From positions 248,001 through 312,000 of the forward strand of contig NZ_JMCB01000008.1 in NCBI RefSeq assembly GCF_000737315.1: a stretch of DNA of 64,000 bases, given 5' to 3'. Origin of the DNA: Hyalangium minutum. GTDB taxonomy: Bacteria > Myxococcota > Myxococcia > Myxococcales > Myxococcaceae. The notes beneath the pieces were generated by a model. That model worked only from the letters and a program-made list of their open reading frames with translations, did not search any database and had not been told where the DNA came from. The translations under genes and the position numbers were made by a program. This document shows positions 30,192-39,757 of the stretch, in pieces (within the stretch, counting starts at the first letter, position 1; every line of letters begins with the position of its first letter).

Positions 30192-31208
30192 TTATCCGCG
30201 AACCTCCACCTCGCGGACCTCGGGAGACACCTCGCGGACGTCTACCTTCACGTCCAAGAAGTGCGCGAACGTGTCGAGCTGCGTCACCGCGTGCCCGTCC
30301 AGCGGCAGCGTGCGGAACGTGCCTCCTTTCGCCAGCGCCAACAGCAGCAACAGCTGGTCGCACAGGTGCTCGCCCACCGGCACCTCCGCGTCCAGGTAGC
30401 GCTTCACCTCCGCCGCCGCGTTCCCCGCCACCTCCTCCGCTCGCACGCCCCGCTCCCCGAAGGCCGTCACCACCTCCGTCACGTGCTCGCTCTCCACCTC
30501 CAGCGTCAGCACGTTCCCCGGCCCCTGCGTGCGCTTCAGCTCCTCCGTCCGCAGCTCGTTCGGCTTCCACTTCAGCGCCTGCTCCACTGTCGCCAGCTCC
30601 CGCTTCGCTACGTCGAACGGAATCATCGCAATCAGCGCCGTCGCCTGCCGCCGCACCACCCTCCCCCGCTCCAACAGCGTCAGCGGCTTCAGCGGCGCCG
30701 GCTCCACCTTCACCTGGAACTTCCCCCCTCCCGCCGGGAAGAACCCGTGCCGCTCCAGCACCGCCTCCACCTTCGGCCCCATCCGCCCCACCAGCGGCAG
30801 ATACGACTTCTGCAAGAAGTCGAACGGCGGCGCCAACGGGTTGTGCGTCCCGCCCTCCAGCCGCAGCGTCGACGGCCCGCTCGCCACCATCAGCGCCGGC
30901 AGCACCGTCTGCAACACCAGCGTCGCGCTCCCCGCCGTCCCCACCGAGAAGAAGTAGTTCCCCGGCGCCAGCGTCCGCGGCTTGAACGTCAGCTCCCGCG
31001 AGCCCAGCTCCGCCCCCGTCACCTCCGCCGCACCTACCTCCGTCGCAGCCTTCACCGCCGTCAGGTGCTGCCGCAGCAGCCCCGGCTTCTGCCGCCCCGC
31101 ACGAATGTTCACCATCTGGAAGGGCGTCCCTGTCACCAGCGACAGCGCCAGCGACGTGCGCAGAACCTGTCCGCCCCCCTCTCCCTTCGAACCGTCGATC
31201 CGAACCAT
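30192..31208 (-). CDS. rtcA: RNA 3'-terminal phosphate cyclase
   Basis: IDGSKGEGGGQVLRTSL, PGLLRQHL, GTAGSATLV, GGTHNP, GEHLCDQL. Confidence 0.96.
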   Translation of the reverse strand: MVRIDGSKGEGGGQVLRTSLALSLVTGTPFQMVNIRAGRQKPGLLRQHLTAVKAATEVGAAEVTGAELGSRELTFKPRTLAPGNYFFSVGTAGSATLVLQTVLPALMVASGPSTLRLEGGTHNPLAPPFDFLQKSYLPLVGRMGPKVEAVLERHGFFPAGGGKFQVKVEPAPLKPLTLLERGRVVRRQATALIAMIPFDVAKRELATVEQALKWKPNELRTEELKRTQGPGNVLTLEVESEHVTEVVTAFGERGVRAEEVAGNAAAEVKRYLDAEVPVGEHLCDQLLLLLALAKGGTFRTLPLDGHAVTQLDTFAHFLDVKVDVREVSPEVREVEVRG

Positions 31209-31238
31209 GTCTCTGTCCCTCGAAATGCCAAAAGTAGC

Positions 31239-31296
31239 GGCGCCCGCTCCCCCATCCTAGCGACCGTTTCAACCGGTCTCGGGGGGAGCGGGCGCC
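31239..31296. other. Nested stem-loop in the rtcB-rtcA spacer
   Basis: Perfect 15-bp arms 31239-31253 and 31282-31296 enclosing a 5-bp stem (31262-31266/31274-31278) with a 7-nt loop. Confidence 0.6.
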
Positions 31297-31344
31297 TCGA
31301 ATGTCGCTATCCCGGCATGGCCACCTCGCGCACCCTGTCCGGGC

Positions 31345-32571
31345 CTAGCCCTTCACACACACCACCTGCCGCAGCGTGTGGACCACCTCCACCAGGTCCG
31401 CCTGCGCCGCCATCACCGCATCGATGGGCTTGTACGCAGCCGGCGTCTCGTCGATCACGTCCACGTCCTTGCGGCACTCGATCCCCGCCGTCGCCTTCGC
31501 GTGGTCCTCGAGCGTGAAGCGCTTCTTCGCCGCCCCGCGCGACATCACCCGGCCCGCCCCGTGGCTGCACGAGTGGAACGCCTCCGCGTTCCCCTTCCCG
31601 CGGACGATGTACGAACGCGCCCCCATGCTGCCGGGGATGATGCCGAGGTCCCCCTCGCGCGCCCGCACCGCGCCCTTGCGCGTCACGAAGCAGTTCTTCC
31701 CGTAGTGGTGCTCACGCGCCACGTAGTTGTGGTGGCAGTTCACCGCCGCGTCCTTCAGCCCGAACGCCGGCAACAGCTGCGAGGCCCGCAGCGCCGCCAC
31801 CACCGAGTCCAACATCAACTGGCGGTTCGTCGCCGCGTACTCCTGCGCCCACTCCACCGCCTGCACGTAGTCCTCGAAGTGCTCCGTCCCCTCCGGCAGG
31901 TACGCCAGGTCCGCGTCCGGCAGGTGGATGAAGAAGCGGCGCATGTCCTCCTTCGCCAGCTCGATGAAGTGGCTCCCGATCCGGTTACCCACCCCGCGCG
32001 AGCCGCTGTGCAGCATCACCCAGACGTTCTGCGACTCATCCAGGCACAGCTCGATGAAGTGGTTCCCCGTCCCGAGCGTCCCGAGGTGCCCCAGGTCCGG
32101 CCCACGGCCCAGCCGCGGGTGCTTCTCCAGGATGGCGTCGTAGCCGGGCTTCAAGCGCGCCCACGCCTCGCGGTGCGTCGCCGGAGCGTCCTGCCAGGCC
32201 CCGCGATCATTGCGGCCCCCGTTGTCCGTGCGGCCGTGCGGCACCACGCGCTCAATCACCGCGCGCACCGGGGCCAGGTTGTCGGGCAGCTGCTCGGCGC
32301 GCAGCGTCGTGCGCACCGCGATCATCCCGCAGCCGATATCCACACCCACCGCCGCCGGGATGATGGCGCCCACCGTCGGCACCACGGAGCCCACCGTCGC
32401 ACCGTACCCGCGGTGCACGTCCGGCATCACGGCGATCCACTTGTGGATGAAGGGCAGGCCCGCGAGGTTCTTCACCTGCTGCTTCGCCTCGTCCTCGAAG
32501 GGGACGCCGACCGTCCACGCCTTGATGGGGTTCTTCCCCTCGTCCGACAACACCTCGTAGCTGCGATTCAT
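31345..32571 (-). CDS. rtcB: RNA-splicing ligase RtcB
   Basis: MPDVHRG, VGVDIGCG, LGTGNHF, HSGSRG, CHHNY, SCSHGAGR, YKPID; likely start 32571. Confidence 0.96.
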   Translation of the reverse strand: MNRSYEVLSDEGKNPIKAWTVGVPFEDEAKQQVKNLAGLPFIHKWIAVMPDVHRGYGATVGSVVPTVGAIIPAAVGVDIGCGMIAVRTTLRAEQLPDNLAPVRAVIERVVPHGRTDNGGRNDRGAWQDAPATHREAWARLKPGYDAILEKHPRLGRGPDLGHLGTLGTGNHFIELCLDESQNVWVMLHSGSRGVGNRIGSHFIELAKEDMRRFFIHLPDADLAYLPEGTEHFEDYVQAVEWAQEYAATNRQLMLDSVVAALRASQLLPAFGLKDAAVNCHHNYVAREHHYGKNCFVTRKGAVRAREGDLGIIPGSMGARSYIVRGKGNAEAFHSCSHGAGRVMSRGAAKKRFTLEDHAKATAGIECRKDVDVIDETPAAYKPIDAVMAAQADLVEVVHTLRQVVCVKG

Positions 32572-32626
32572 GGCCTTGCCTTCCGTTCGTTCGCCCAACC
32601 CATGTGCCGGGCACGACGGGGGATAG

Positions 32627-32642
32627 AGCAGCCGCCGTGCCA
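32627..32642 (-). promoter_or_regulatory. Sigma54 -24/-12 promoter of rtcBA
   Basis: Minus strand TGGCACGGCGGCTGCT; divergent rtcR alongside. Confidence 0.85.
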
Positions 32643-32710
32643 GCCCTCTCCGAGGGAGGCGCGCTCCCAGCTGGCCGATTCCTTATCCTTGGAGATAAAC
32701 TCGTATCCGT

Positions 32711-34354
32711 ATGGCGAAGACACAGGCACGCAGGACGGTGGTCATCGGGATGCTCGGGACGACCATCGACCAGGGGCAGGGCCCGAGGCGGTGGGAGCGG
32801 TGGCGCCCCACGGTGGCGATGTGTCAGCAGGAGGACCTGTTGGTGGACCGGCTCGAGCTGCTCTATCCGCCCTCAGCGGGGGTGCTGGCCGCGACGGTGA
32901 CCGAGGACATCCAGCAGGTGTCTCCGGAGACGGAGGTGCGCGGGGCCGTGGTGGACATCCGCGACCCGTGGGACCTGGAGCAGGTCTATGGCGCACTGCT
33001 CGACTACGCGCGGAAGTACCCCTTCCAGCCCGAGCAGGAGGACTACTTTGTCCACATCACCACCGGGACGCACATCGCGCAGATCTGCATGTTCCTGCTG
33101 GTGGAGAGCCGGCACATCCCCGGCCGGCTGGTGCAGACCTCACCACCCTCGGGCCGGGACAAGGGGCTGGGCGGCGCGGGGGGGCACACGCTCATCGACC
33201 TGGACTTGTCGAAGTACGACAAGCTGGCAGCGCGCTTCCAGCAGGAGCAACGCGAGGCCCTCTCCTTCCTGAAGGCGGGCATCGACACGCGCAACCCCGC
33301 GTTCAACCGGCTCATCGAGCGCATCGAGCAGGTGGCAATGAGCTCGCGTGCACCGCTGCTCATCACCGGGCCCACGGGGGCGGGCAAGTCCCAGCTCGTG
33401 CGGCGCATCTACGCGCTGAAGAAGGCGCGGCGGCAGGTGAGCGGGCCCTTCGTGGATCTCAACTGCGCCACGCTGCGCGGGGATGGAGCCATGTCCGCGC
33501 TGTTCGGCCATGTGAAGGGGTCCTTCACGGGAGCGGTGAGCGATCGGCCTGGGCTGCTGCGGCAGGCAAACGGGGGCGTGCTGTTCCTGGACGAGATTGG
33601 CGAGTTAGGCGCAGACGAGCAGGCCATGCTGCTGCGAGCGCTGGAGGACAAGCGCTTCCTGCCGGTGGGCTCGGACAAGGAGGTGGAGAGCGACTTCCAG
33701 CTCATCGCGGGAACGAACAGGGATTTGCAGGCCGAGGTGGAGCGCGGGCGCTTCCGGGAGGACCTGCTGGCGCGCATCAACCTGTGGACGTTCCGGCTGC
33801 CTGCCCTGCGCGAGCGCCCCGAGGACATCCCGCCGAACCTCGTCTACGAGCTGGACCAGGCCTCCCAGGCGCTGGAGCTGCGGGTGACGATGAACAAGGA
33901 GGCGCAGGAGCACTTCCTGCGCTTCGCCACCTCATCCGAGGCGCGCTGGAGCGGCAACTTCCGGGACCTGAACGCGGCGGTGCTGCGCATGGCCACGCTG
34001 GCCTCGGGTGGGCGGATTACGCGGGAGGACGTGGACGAGGAGCTCACCCGGCTGCGCGCACAGTGGACGAGGGGGGCCTCTCCCGCCTCTGCGGGTGCGG
34101 TGGATCTCGTGGCGGAGGTGCTGGGCGCCGAGCTGGCAACGGAGCTGGACCGGTTCGATCGGGTACAGCTCGCGGATGTCATTGCCGTGTGCCGACAGGC
34201 CCGCACCTTGTCGGAGGCCGGGCGCGTGCTGTTCGCGCAGTCCCGCGCGCGCAAGGCGAGCACCAATGACGCGGACCGGCTGAAGAAGTACCTCACCCGC
34301 TTCGGGTTGGACTGGAGTGACGTCTCAGGCCGGAGATCTCCCGAAGCCGCCTGA
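32711..34354 (+). CDS. rtcR: RNA repair transcriptional activator RtcR (CARF + sigma54 AAA+)
   Basis: RWERWRPTV, HITTGTH, GPTGAGKS, GSFTGA, WSGNFRDL; divergent from rtcB. Confidence 0.95.
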   Translation: MAKTQARRTVVIGMLGTTIDQGQGPRRWERWRPTVAMCQQEDLLVDRLELLYPPSAGVLAATVTEDIQQVSPETEVRGAVVDIRDPWDLEQVYGALLDYARKYPFQPEQEDYFVHITTGTHIAQICMFLLVESRHIPGRLVQTSPPSGRDKGLGGAGGHTLIDLDLSKYDKLAARFQQEQREALSFLKAGIDTRNPAFNRLIERIEQVAMSSRAPLLITGPTGAGKSQLVRRIYALKKARRQVSGPFVDLNCATLRGDGAMSALFGHVKGSFTGAVSDRPGLLRQANGGVLFLDEIGELGADEQAMLLRALEDKRFLPVGSDKEVESDFQLIAGTNRDLQAEVERGRFREDLLARINLWTFRLPALRERPEDIPPNLVYELDQASQALELRVTMNKEAQEHFLRFATSSEARWSGNFRDLNAAVLRMATLASGGRITREDVDEELTRLRAQWTRGASPASAGAVDLVAEVLGAELATELDRFDRVQLADVIAVCRQARTLSEAGRVLFAQSRARKASTNDADRLKKYLTRFGLDWSDVSGRRSPEAA

Positions 34355-34413
34355 GGCCTGGCGGCGCGGCATGGCTCGAGCCTGTCTGCTTGTCTGACAG
34401 GTTGGGCCAGACC

Positions 34414-36138
34414 TCACGGGGTGCGGAGGAGAAACGCGAAGACGGCGCCCGTTCCCTGGCCCCCCTCGTACCGGAGTTCCGCGCCCATGGCCCGGGCGAG
34501 CCGGCGGCTCAATGCCAGCCCCAGCCCGACTCCGGGCCCGGACTCCGCCGCGCGCTCGGAGGACTTCGAGAAGGGCTCGAAGAGGCTCTTCGCATCCGTG
34601 CGCGAGACTCCTTGCCCATGATCGGCCACGACGATGGCGAGGCGTGAACCCCGGCGCTCGGCGCGGACATGAATGCGCGTGTCTTCCGCGCCGTGCGCGT
34701 ACTTGCACGCGTTGTCCACGAGGTTGAAGAGCACCTGCTCCGCGGCGGAAGGCTCCACGCGCACCTGAGCGGCTTCGAGCGCTTCCGGGAGCTCCAGCAC
34801 CAGAGACATCCCCGCCTCCCGAGCCCGCTCCTCCGAGCGCCCCAGGCTGTCTCGCAGGAAGCCCCCGAGCGCCAACGGCTCCGCGGCCTTGGGCGAGCGC
34901 TTGCGCTCCAGCCTCGCGTACGCGAGCACGTTCTCCACGAGGTGGGCGAGCCGATTGGACTCCCGCTGCAGCGTCTCGTAGTAGCCTCGGCGCTGCGCCT
35001 CGTCCGTGACCATGCCCTCGGCCAGCATCTCCGCGTACATCCGGAAGGTGGTGAGCGGCGTGCGCAGCTCGTGGGTCACGGCGGAGACGAAGGCCGCCCG
35101 GCGCTCGCTCAAGGAGAGGGCCCCGAACAACAGCAGCCCCACCGCCACGAGCGCCACCACGAGCGCGCTCCACGCCACCACGAGGCTCCAGATGACAGGA
35201 GAGCCCCCGGGAGGTTCCGCAGCCGGAAGCGCCCCTGGAATGAGCCGCACCGGCAGCGAGGCGAGGCGGCGCTCCAGGAGATCTCCCGCGCCAGGGGGTA
35301 CCCGCTCGAGCACCGCGGCCGGTAGCAAGTCCGTCACCTCCGCCAGCAACAGGGATTGAATCCGCGCCCAGTCCAGCCACGCCCCCTGGACTTCCACCCC
35401 ACCTCGCTCCCGAGTGACTTGGCGGACCAACAGGAGCTCGTCCCCCATCCACACCGGGACCATGGGAGACACCTGGACCTCCTGCGCCGTGGGCGCCACG
35501 TCCTCCGGAGCCTCGCCGGGCATCTGGAGATAGGCTGCGTTCCCGATGGCCTGCATCTGCCGCCGGTTGAACTCGATGGCGCTCGGCTCTCGCGCCGCGA
35601 TGACCGTCTCGGGAGAAGGCGTGCCCGTCTCGAGTTGAAGCAGGACCCGGCGGTCCAGGCGGGCTTGCAGCTCCGCGAGGCGCGCACCGTACTGCTGGAG
35701 CTGCTCGCTCCGGGCGCCCGCAGTCAGCGCCAGCGTGTGCTGTCCTCCCACCGGAACCTGGGGTGAGCGCAGGGGTCCCCTCTCCTGGAAGGCGAAGTGC
35801 AACCGCACCTCGTCCGGCGTCCCGTACAGCAGCGGCGAGGCAATGCGCGCCGCCGCAGGCCCGGGCGCATTCCCCTCCTGAGCGAACACATGAAGCGGGA
35901 CGTAGAACGGCTCCCAGGCACTCACCACCCGGGTGCTCTCCTGCGCCAGGAGCCTCGCGAGCCGCCCATCCATGCGCCAGAGCGCCAGCCGGACGCGCTC
36001 CTCCACCCGGCTCTCTGCCCGAGTCTGCGCCTCCGCCCGTTCGAGCCTCAGGGTCGTGACACTCAGCCACCCCAGCGCCCCGCACGCCAGCGCCACGCAG
36101 GCCGCCAGCGCCATCCACGTGGGCATCGTCCGCCTCAC
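34414..36138 (-). CDS. Sensor histidine kinase
   Basis: HELRTPL H-box, NLVDNA, DHGQG, GLGL; GTGA overlap with the response regulator. Confidence 0.9.
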   Translation of the reverse strand: MRRTMPTWMALAACVALACGALGWLSVTTLRLERAEAQTRAESRVEERVRLALWRMDGRLARLLAQESTRVVSAWEPFYVPLHVFAQEGNAPGPAAARIASPLLYGTPDEVRLHFAFQERGPLRSPQVPVGGQHTLALTAGARSEQLQQYGARLAELQARLDRRVLLQLETGTPSPETVIAAREPSAIEFNRRQMQAIGNAAYLQMPGEAPEDVAPTAQEVQVSPMVPVWMGDELLLVRQVTRERGGVEVQGAWLDWARIQSLLLAEVTDLLPAAVLERVPPGAGDLLERRLASLPVRLIPGALPAAEPPGGSPVIWSLVVAWSALVVALVAVGLLLFGALSLSERRAAFVSAVTHELRTPLTTFRMYAEMLAEGMVTDEAQRRGYYETLQRESNRLAHLVENVLAYARLERKRSPKAAEPLALGGFLRDSLGRSEERAREAGMSLVLELPEALEAAQVRVEPSAAEQVLFNLVDNACKYAHGAEDTRIHVRAERRGSRLAIVVADHGQGVSRTDAKSLFEPFSKSSERAAESGPGVGLGLALSRRLARAMGAELRYEGGQGTGAVFAFLLRTP

Positions 36139-36839
36139 CCCGGCCCCCTGCTCGCGAAGCGGTACCCCTTGCCCCTCACCGTCAGCAAAATCCGCGGCTC
36201 CTCCGCACTGTCTCGCAGCTTGTCGCGCAGCCGCGCCACGTGCATGTCCACCGTCCTCGTCCGCGCCAGGCTCGCGGGCAGGCGCCACACCCGCTGCAGC
36301 AGCTCATCCCGCGACACCACGCGCTCCCGGTTCAGCGAGAGGTAGCGCAGCAGCTCGATCTCCTTCTCGGACAGCAACTCCGTCGCGCCATCCTCGAACC
36401 GCAGCTCGCACTTGCGCAGGTCCGCCACGCCTCCCTCGAACCGGATCTCCTCCACATCCAGCGGCCGCTCCGCGCTCCGCCGCAGCACCGCCTCCACCCG
36501 GGCCAGCAGCTCCTTCACGCTGAACGGCTTCACCACGTAGTCGTCCGCGCCCCGCCGAAGCCCCTGCACCCGGTCCTCCTCCTGTCCCCGCGCCGTCAGG
36601 ATGATGACGGGCAGCGTGGGCCGGGCCTTGCGGGCCTCGGCCAGCACCTCCAGCCCGTCTCCTCCCGGCAGCACCAGATCGAGCAACAACAGGTCGAAGC
36701 TGTCCCGCGTGGCGCTGGCGAGCGCGTCCTTGAAGGTCCCCGCCTCCAGCGGCACGTAGCCCTGGAACCGGAGCGCATCCACCACGCCCCGGCGGATGGC
36801 CGGGTCGTCCTCCACCACGAGTACGCGACGGGCAGGCAT
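36135..36839 (-). CDS. OmpR-family response regulator
   Basis: VVEDD, LDLVLPGGDG, KPF, winged helix TVRGKGYRF. Confidence 0.92.
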   Translation of the reverse strand: MPARRVLVVEDDPAIRRGVVDALRFQGYVPLEAGTFKDALASATRDSFDLLLLDLVLPGGDGLEVLAEARKARPTLPVIILTARGQEEDRVQGLRRGADDYVVKPFSVKELLARVEAVLRRSAERPLDVEEIRFEGGVADLRKCELRFEDGATELLSEKEIELLRYLSLNRERVVSRDELLQRVWRLPASLARTRTVDMHVARLRDKLRDSAEEPRILLTVRGKGYRFASRGPG

Positions 36840-36860
36840 GGCGCCTCCATCATCTCCCAG

Positions 36861-38618
36861 TCAGCGCCAGAAGCTGACTTCATAGGTGAGCGTCTTGCGC
36901 TCGCCCGGCTCCAACGTGAGCGTCCAGTCGATTTCACTGTGGCTGTTCACCGCCGCCAGCCGGCTGCCGCCCCAGTCCTCCGGCCGGAAGTCGTCCACCT
37001 TCACGCGGCCGCCGCCCGTCACGGCCTCCGCCTTGCCGCCCGTGGACAGCCGGATCCGCAGCGGGGTGCGCTCGCCGCGGGGGTTGGACAGCGAGATCGT
37101 CCCCTTCTTGCGGATGAGCGCATAGCGGCCTCGGTTGCTCTCCAGCGCATCCTGCTTGCGCTCCAGCTCCACCTCCTCGTGCAGCGCGCGCACGTCCGTG
37201 GCCACCGTGAGTGGGAGCAGCGTGTCGCCCCCGCGCGGCGTGTAGGTGAGCAGCTCCTGGGCCTGAGGCACCTGCCCCCGCATCACCAACACCGGCCCCG
37301 TGGTCCACGGGAACTTCGTGCCGTTCTTCAGCTCGAGCTGGTGCCACACCTCCGCCCGCGCGAGCCGCAGCGGCGACGGGCTCCCCATCGACCCTCGAGA
37401 GCTCCCGTACTGCACGGTGTCCGAGTCGTTCTCATCCCGGCGGACCTGCACGTCGAGCGTGTAGAGGTCCCGCGCCGGCACCTCATCGCTCCACAGGGGC
37501 ACCACCGCCCGAGCCCCCTTGGGCAGATCCATCGCCGCGAGCGGGTGGATGAAGAAGTCCGGCGACTCGGCCTGCCCGCCAAAGTCTGGGAGCTGGGGAG
37601 TGCTGCTCACCTCCTCGTCACCCACGCCTCCTCGCCACTCGCCCGCGCGCTGCGTGAACATGGCATTGCTCAGGTTGTTCATCTGGCCCATGAGCGAGGG
37701 AGCGGCCTGTGCCAGCGCATTGCGCACCATGCCCTCCAGGGACAACGGCGAGGCCACGTCCCGGAACCGGAAGTTCGGCACTCCGACGACCAGATCGAAC
37801 GGTGCGCCCCGGATGTCTTCCAGCTCGTTCACCAGCTCCGCTTGGAGCGCGAGCGCCCCGGGCCCACCCTTCTTCGCCTCGAAGCGGTAGGTGGGGACCC
37901 AGCGAAGGCCTGGCGTGAAGTAGACGATCCGGACCGTGAGCGCCTTGCCTGCGGCCTCCTCGCCAAAGTCGAGGGCCAGCCGCTTGCGCCGCTCCTTCAC
38001 GCGGACCTTCCGCTTGCACTCCAGCGAGAGGTCCGCCCCGGACACCCGCTGGATGTCCTTGCCCGCGAGCACCACCGTCCCGCGCTCCGGCACCGAGAGG
38101 GCGACCACCTGGCCCAGCGAAGGCGCCCCGAGCACGAGGACAGGCTCGAACGCGGAGGAGCGCGCGGAGAGCGCTGGTGAAGGGGCGGAGGGCTGCCCCG
38201 CGGGAAGGGGGAGCACAGTCCCGGTCAGCGTCACCTTCTCGAGCTCGACGGTGACGCGCTTGCCGGGGTTCGCCTCGAGGATGGAGGCCGGATCCAGGCA
38301 GGTGCCGCGCTCCTCCCGCTCCACCTCCTGCTCACGCCACTCCGCGCGCATGGAGCGCAGGGCGGGACCGCGATCGCTCCAGGCCCAGAACGTGCCGAGC
38401 ACCGCGCTGTCCGGTACCTCTTCCGTGAACGTGACGCCGCGAGCGTCCGCGGTGGCCTTCGCCTGCTTGACCAACAGGGCGTATCCGTCCTTGAAGACGA
38501 CGACCCGCTCCGTCTGGAGCGTGAGCCCGCCTGGGCTCGTCTCCCCTCGCCGCTCCGCGCCTTCCGCCGCGCACGCACTCAGCAGTGCGGCAAGGCCCCA
38601 CACGATTTTGTGACGCAT
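36861..38618 (-). CDS. DUF4139/DUF4140-like lipoprotein
   Basis: Signal ending LSAC, ERVVVFKDG, YFTPGLRWVPTY, WTLTLEPGE; likely start 38618. Confidence 0.7.
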   Translation of the reverse strand: MRHKIVWGLAALLSACAAEGAERRGETSPGGLTLQTERVVVFKDGYALLVKQAKATADARGVTFTEEVPDSAVLGTFWAWSDRGPALRSMRAEWREQEVEREERGTCLDPASILEANPGKRVTVELEKVTLTGTVLPLPAGQPSAPSPALSARSSAFEPVLVLGAPSLGQVVALSVPERGTVVLAGKDIQRVSGADLSLECKRKVRVKERRKRLALDFGEEAAGKALTVRIVYFTPGLRWVPTYRFEAKKGGPGALALQAELVNELEDIRGAPFDLVVGVPNFRFRDVASPLSLEGMVRNALAQAAPSLMGQMNNLSNAMFTQRAGEWRGGVGDEEVSSTPQLPDFGGQAESPDFFIHPLAAMDLPKGARAVVPLWSDEVPARDLYTLDVQVRRDENDSDTVQYGSSRGSMGSPSPLRLARAEVWHQLELKNGTKFPWTTGPVLVMRGQVPQAQELLTYTPRGGDTLLPLTVATDVRALHEEVELERKQDALESNRGRYALIRKKGTISLSNPRGERTPLRIRLSTGGKAEAVTGGGRVKVDDFRPEDWGGSRLAAVNSHSEIDWTLTLEPGERKTLTYEVSFWR

Positions 38619-38699
38619 GTTGCTCCTTCCCTCTCGGTGACGGGAACAGTACGAATCCAGGGCGTCGCCGTGGGTAACCCGAACGTAACGAGCACGGCC

Positions 38700-39185
38700 G
38701 CTCCCAGACTGCTCGCGAGGGACCTCTTCTCGGATCCGAGCGCGAATATGCGCGGCGCCTCGGGGGATGTGAGAAGCGTCTGGAACGCTTTCGCTTCCCA
38801 GTTCCGCTGGGTGGCGGGCGTGGCGGGCAACCACGACACCTTCGGCACGTCTCGCGAGCGCGAACGGTTCCTCCAGCAGCCCGGCCTCTACCTGATGGAC
38901 GGCGAGGTGCATGAGGTGGATGGGCTTCGGCTCGGCGGCGTCAGCGGCATCATTGGCCGGACGGACAAGCCAGGGCGGCGCGCCGAAGCGGATCAACTGA
39001 AGCGCATCCAGGGCGTGCTGCGCCAGGAGCCAGAGGTCCTCGTCCTGCACGAAGGCCCCGACTTTCCTCCAGGGGACCTCCGAGACAACTCCGCCATTCG
39101 TGAAGCCGTCGAAGCACGGGAAGAACTGCTCGTCGTCTGTGTGCTCAACGTCGACGCTCGCGCCGTGCTCCTGGTCAAGGCCTGA
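38700..39185 (+). pseudogene. Metallophosphoesterase fragment
   Basis: RDLFS..RGASGDV, VAGNHD, LVLHEGP present; N-terminus and final GHxH motif absent (VVCVLNVD). Confidence 0.6.
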
Positions 39186-39711
39186 CCGCGTTGCTGGCTT
39201 TGCTTCGGTGCAGGCCGTAGATGCGCAGTTCGAGCCCATGGAACGCCCATGTGCGCTCGAACGTCTCGCCCAGCCGCTCGGCGACGCGGATGGAGAGAGC
39301 GTTCTCCGGGTGAATGACGCTGATGAGGTGGTCCACGCCCAGGACTCGAAACGCGGCGTTGATGGAGGCTCGGCCTGCCTCGCTCGCGAAGCCCCGTCCC
39401 CAGCACGCCCGGTGCAGCATCCATCCCACTTCGAGCTCTGGCCATCCCTCGGGCTTCCAGAGCCCCACCCGGCCGATCAGCTTCCCCGAGGCCTTCTCCT
39501 CGACGGCCCACATGCCGTAGCCCCGGAGCTGCCAGTGCCCCAAGTGGGTGGCGATGACACGCCACGTTCCCGCCCGGTCCAGCGGCTTGAACTCGCCGAT
39601 GAAGCGCATCACCTCCGGGTCCGCGCAGATCTCCGCGAACGCGTCGAGATCCGACTCCCGGAACTGCCGGAGGATGAGACGCTCCGTCTCCATTTCCAGC
39701 GGCATCGCCAT
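39175..39711 (-). CDS. GNAT family N-acetyltransferase (RimJ/RimL-like)
   Basis: ETERLILR, LEVGWML..WGRGFASEA, ENALSIRVAERLG. Confidence 0.88.
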   Translation of the reverse strand: MAMPLEMETERLILRQFRESDLDAFAEICADPEVMRFIGEFKPLDRAGTWRVIATHLGHWQLRGYGMWAVEEKASGKLIGRVGLWKPEGWPELEVGWMLHRACWGRGFASEAGRASINAAFRVLGVDHLISVIHPENALSIRVAERLGETFERTWAFHGLELRIYGLHRSKASNAVRP

Positions 39712-39757
39712 GGCGTTCTCCCTATGTCCTGCGTGAACCCCGTCGCCGACGGGGTGC

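Noticed and set aside
31239-31296. tRNA gene (a TCA triplet in the plus-strand loop hinted at tRNA-Sec)
   Set aside because: No D-arm, T-arm or cloverleaf, and it would be antisense to the operon; kept only as a hairpin
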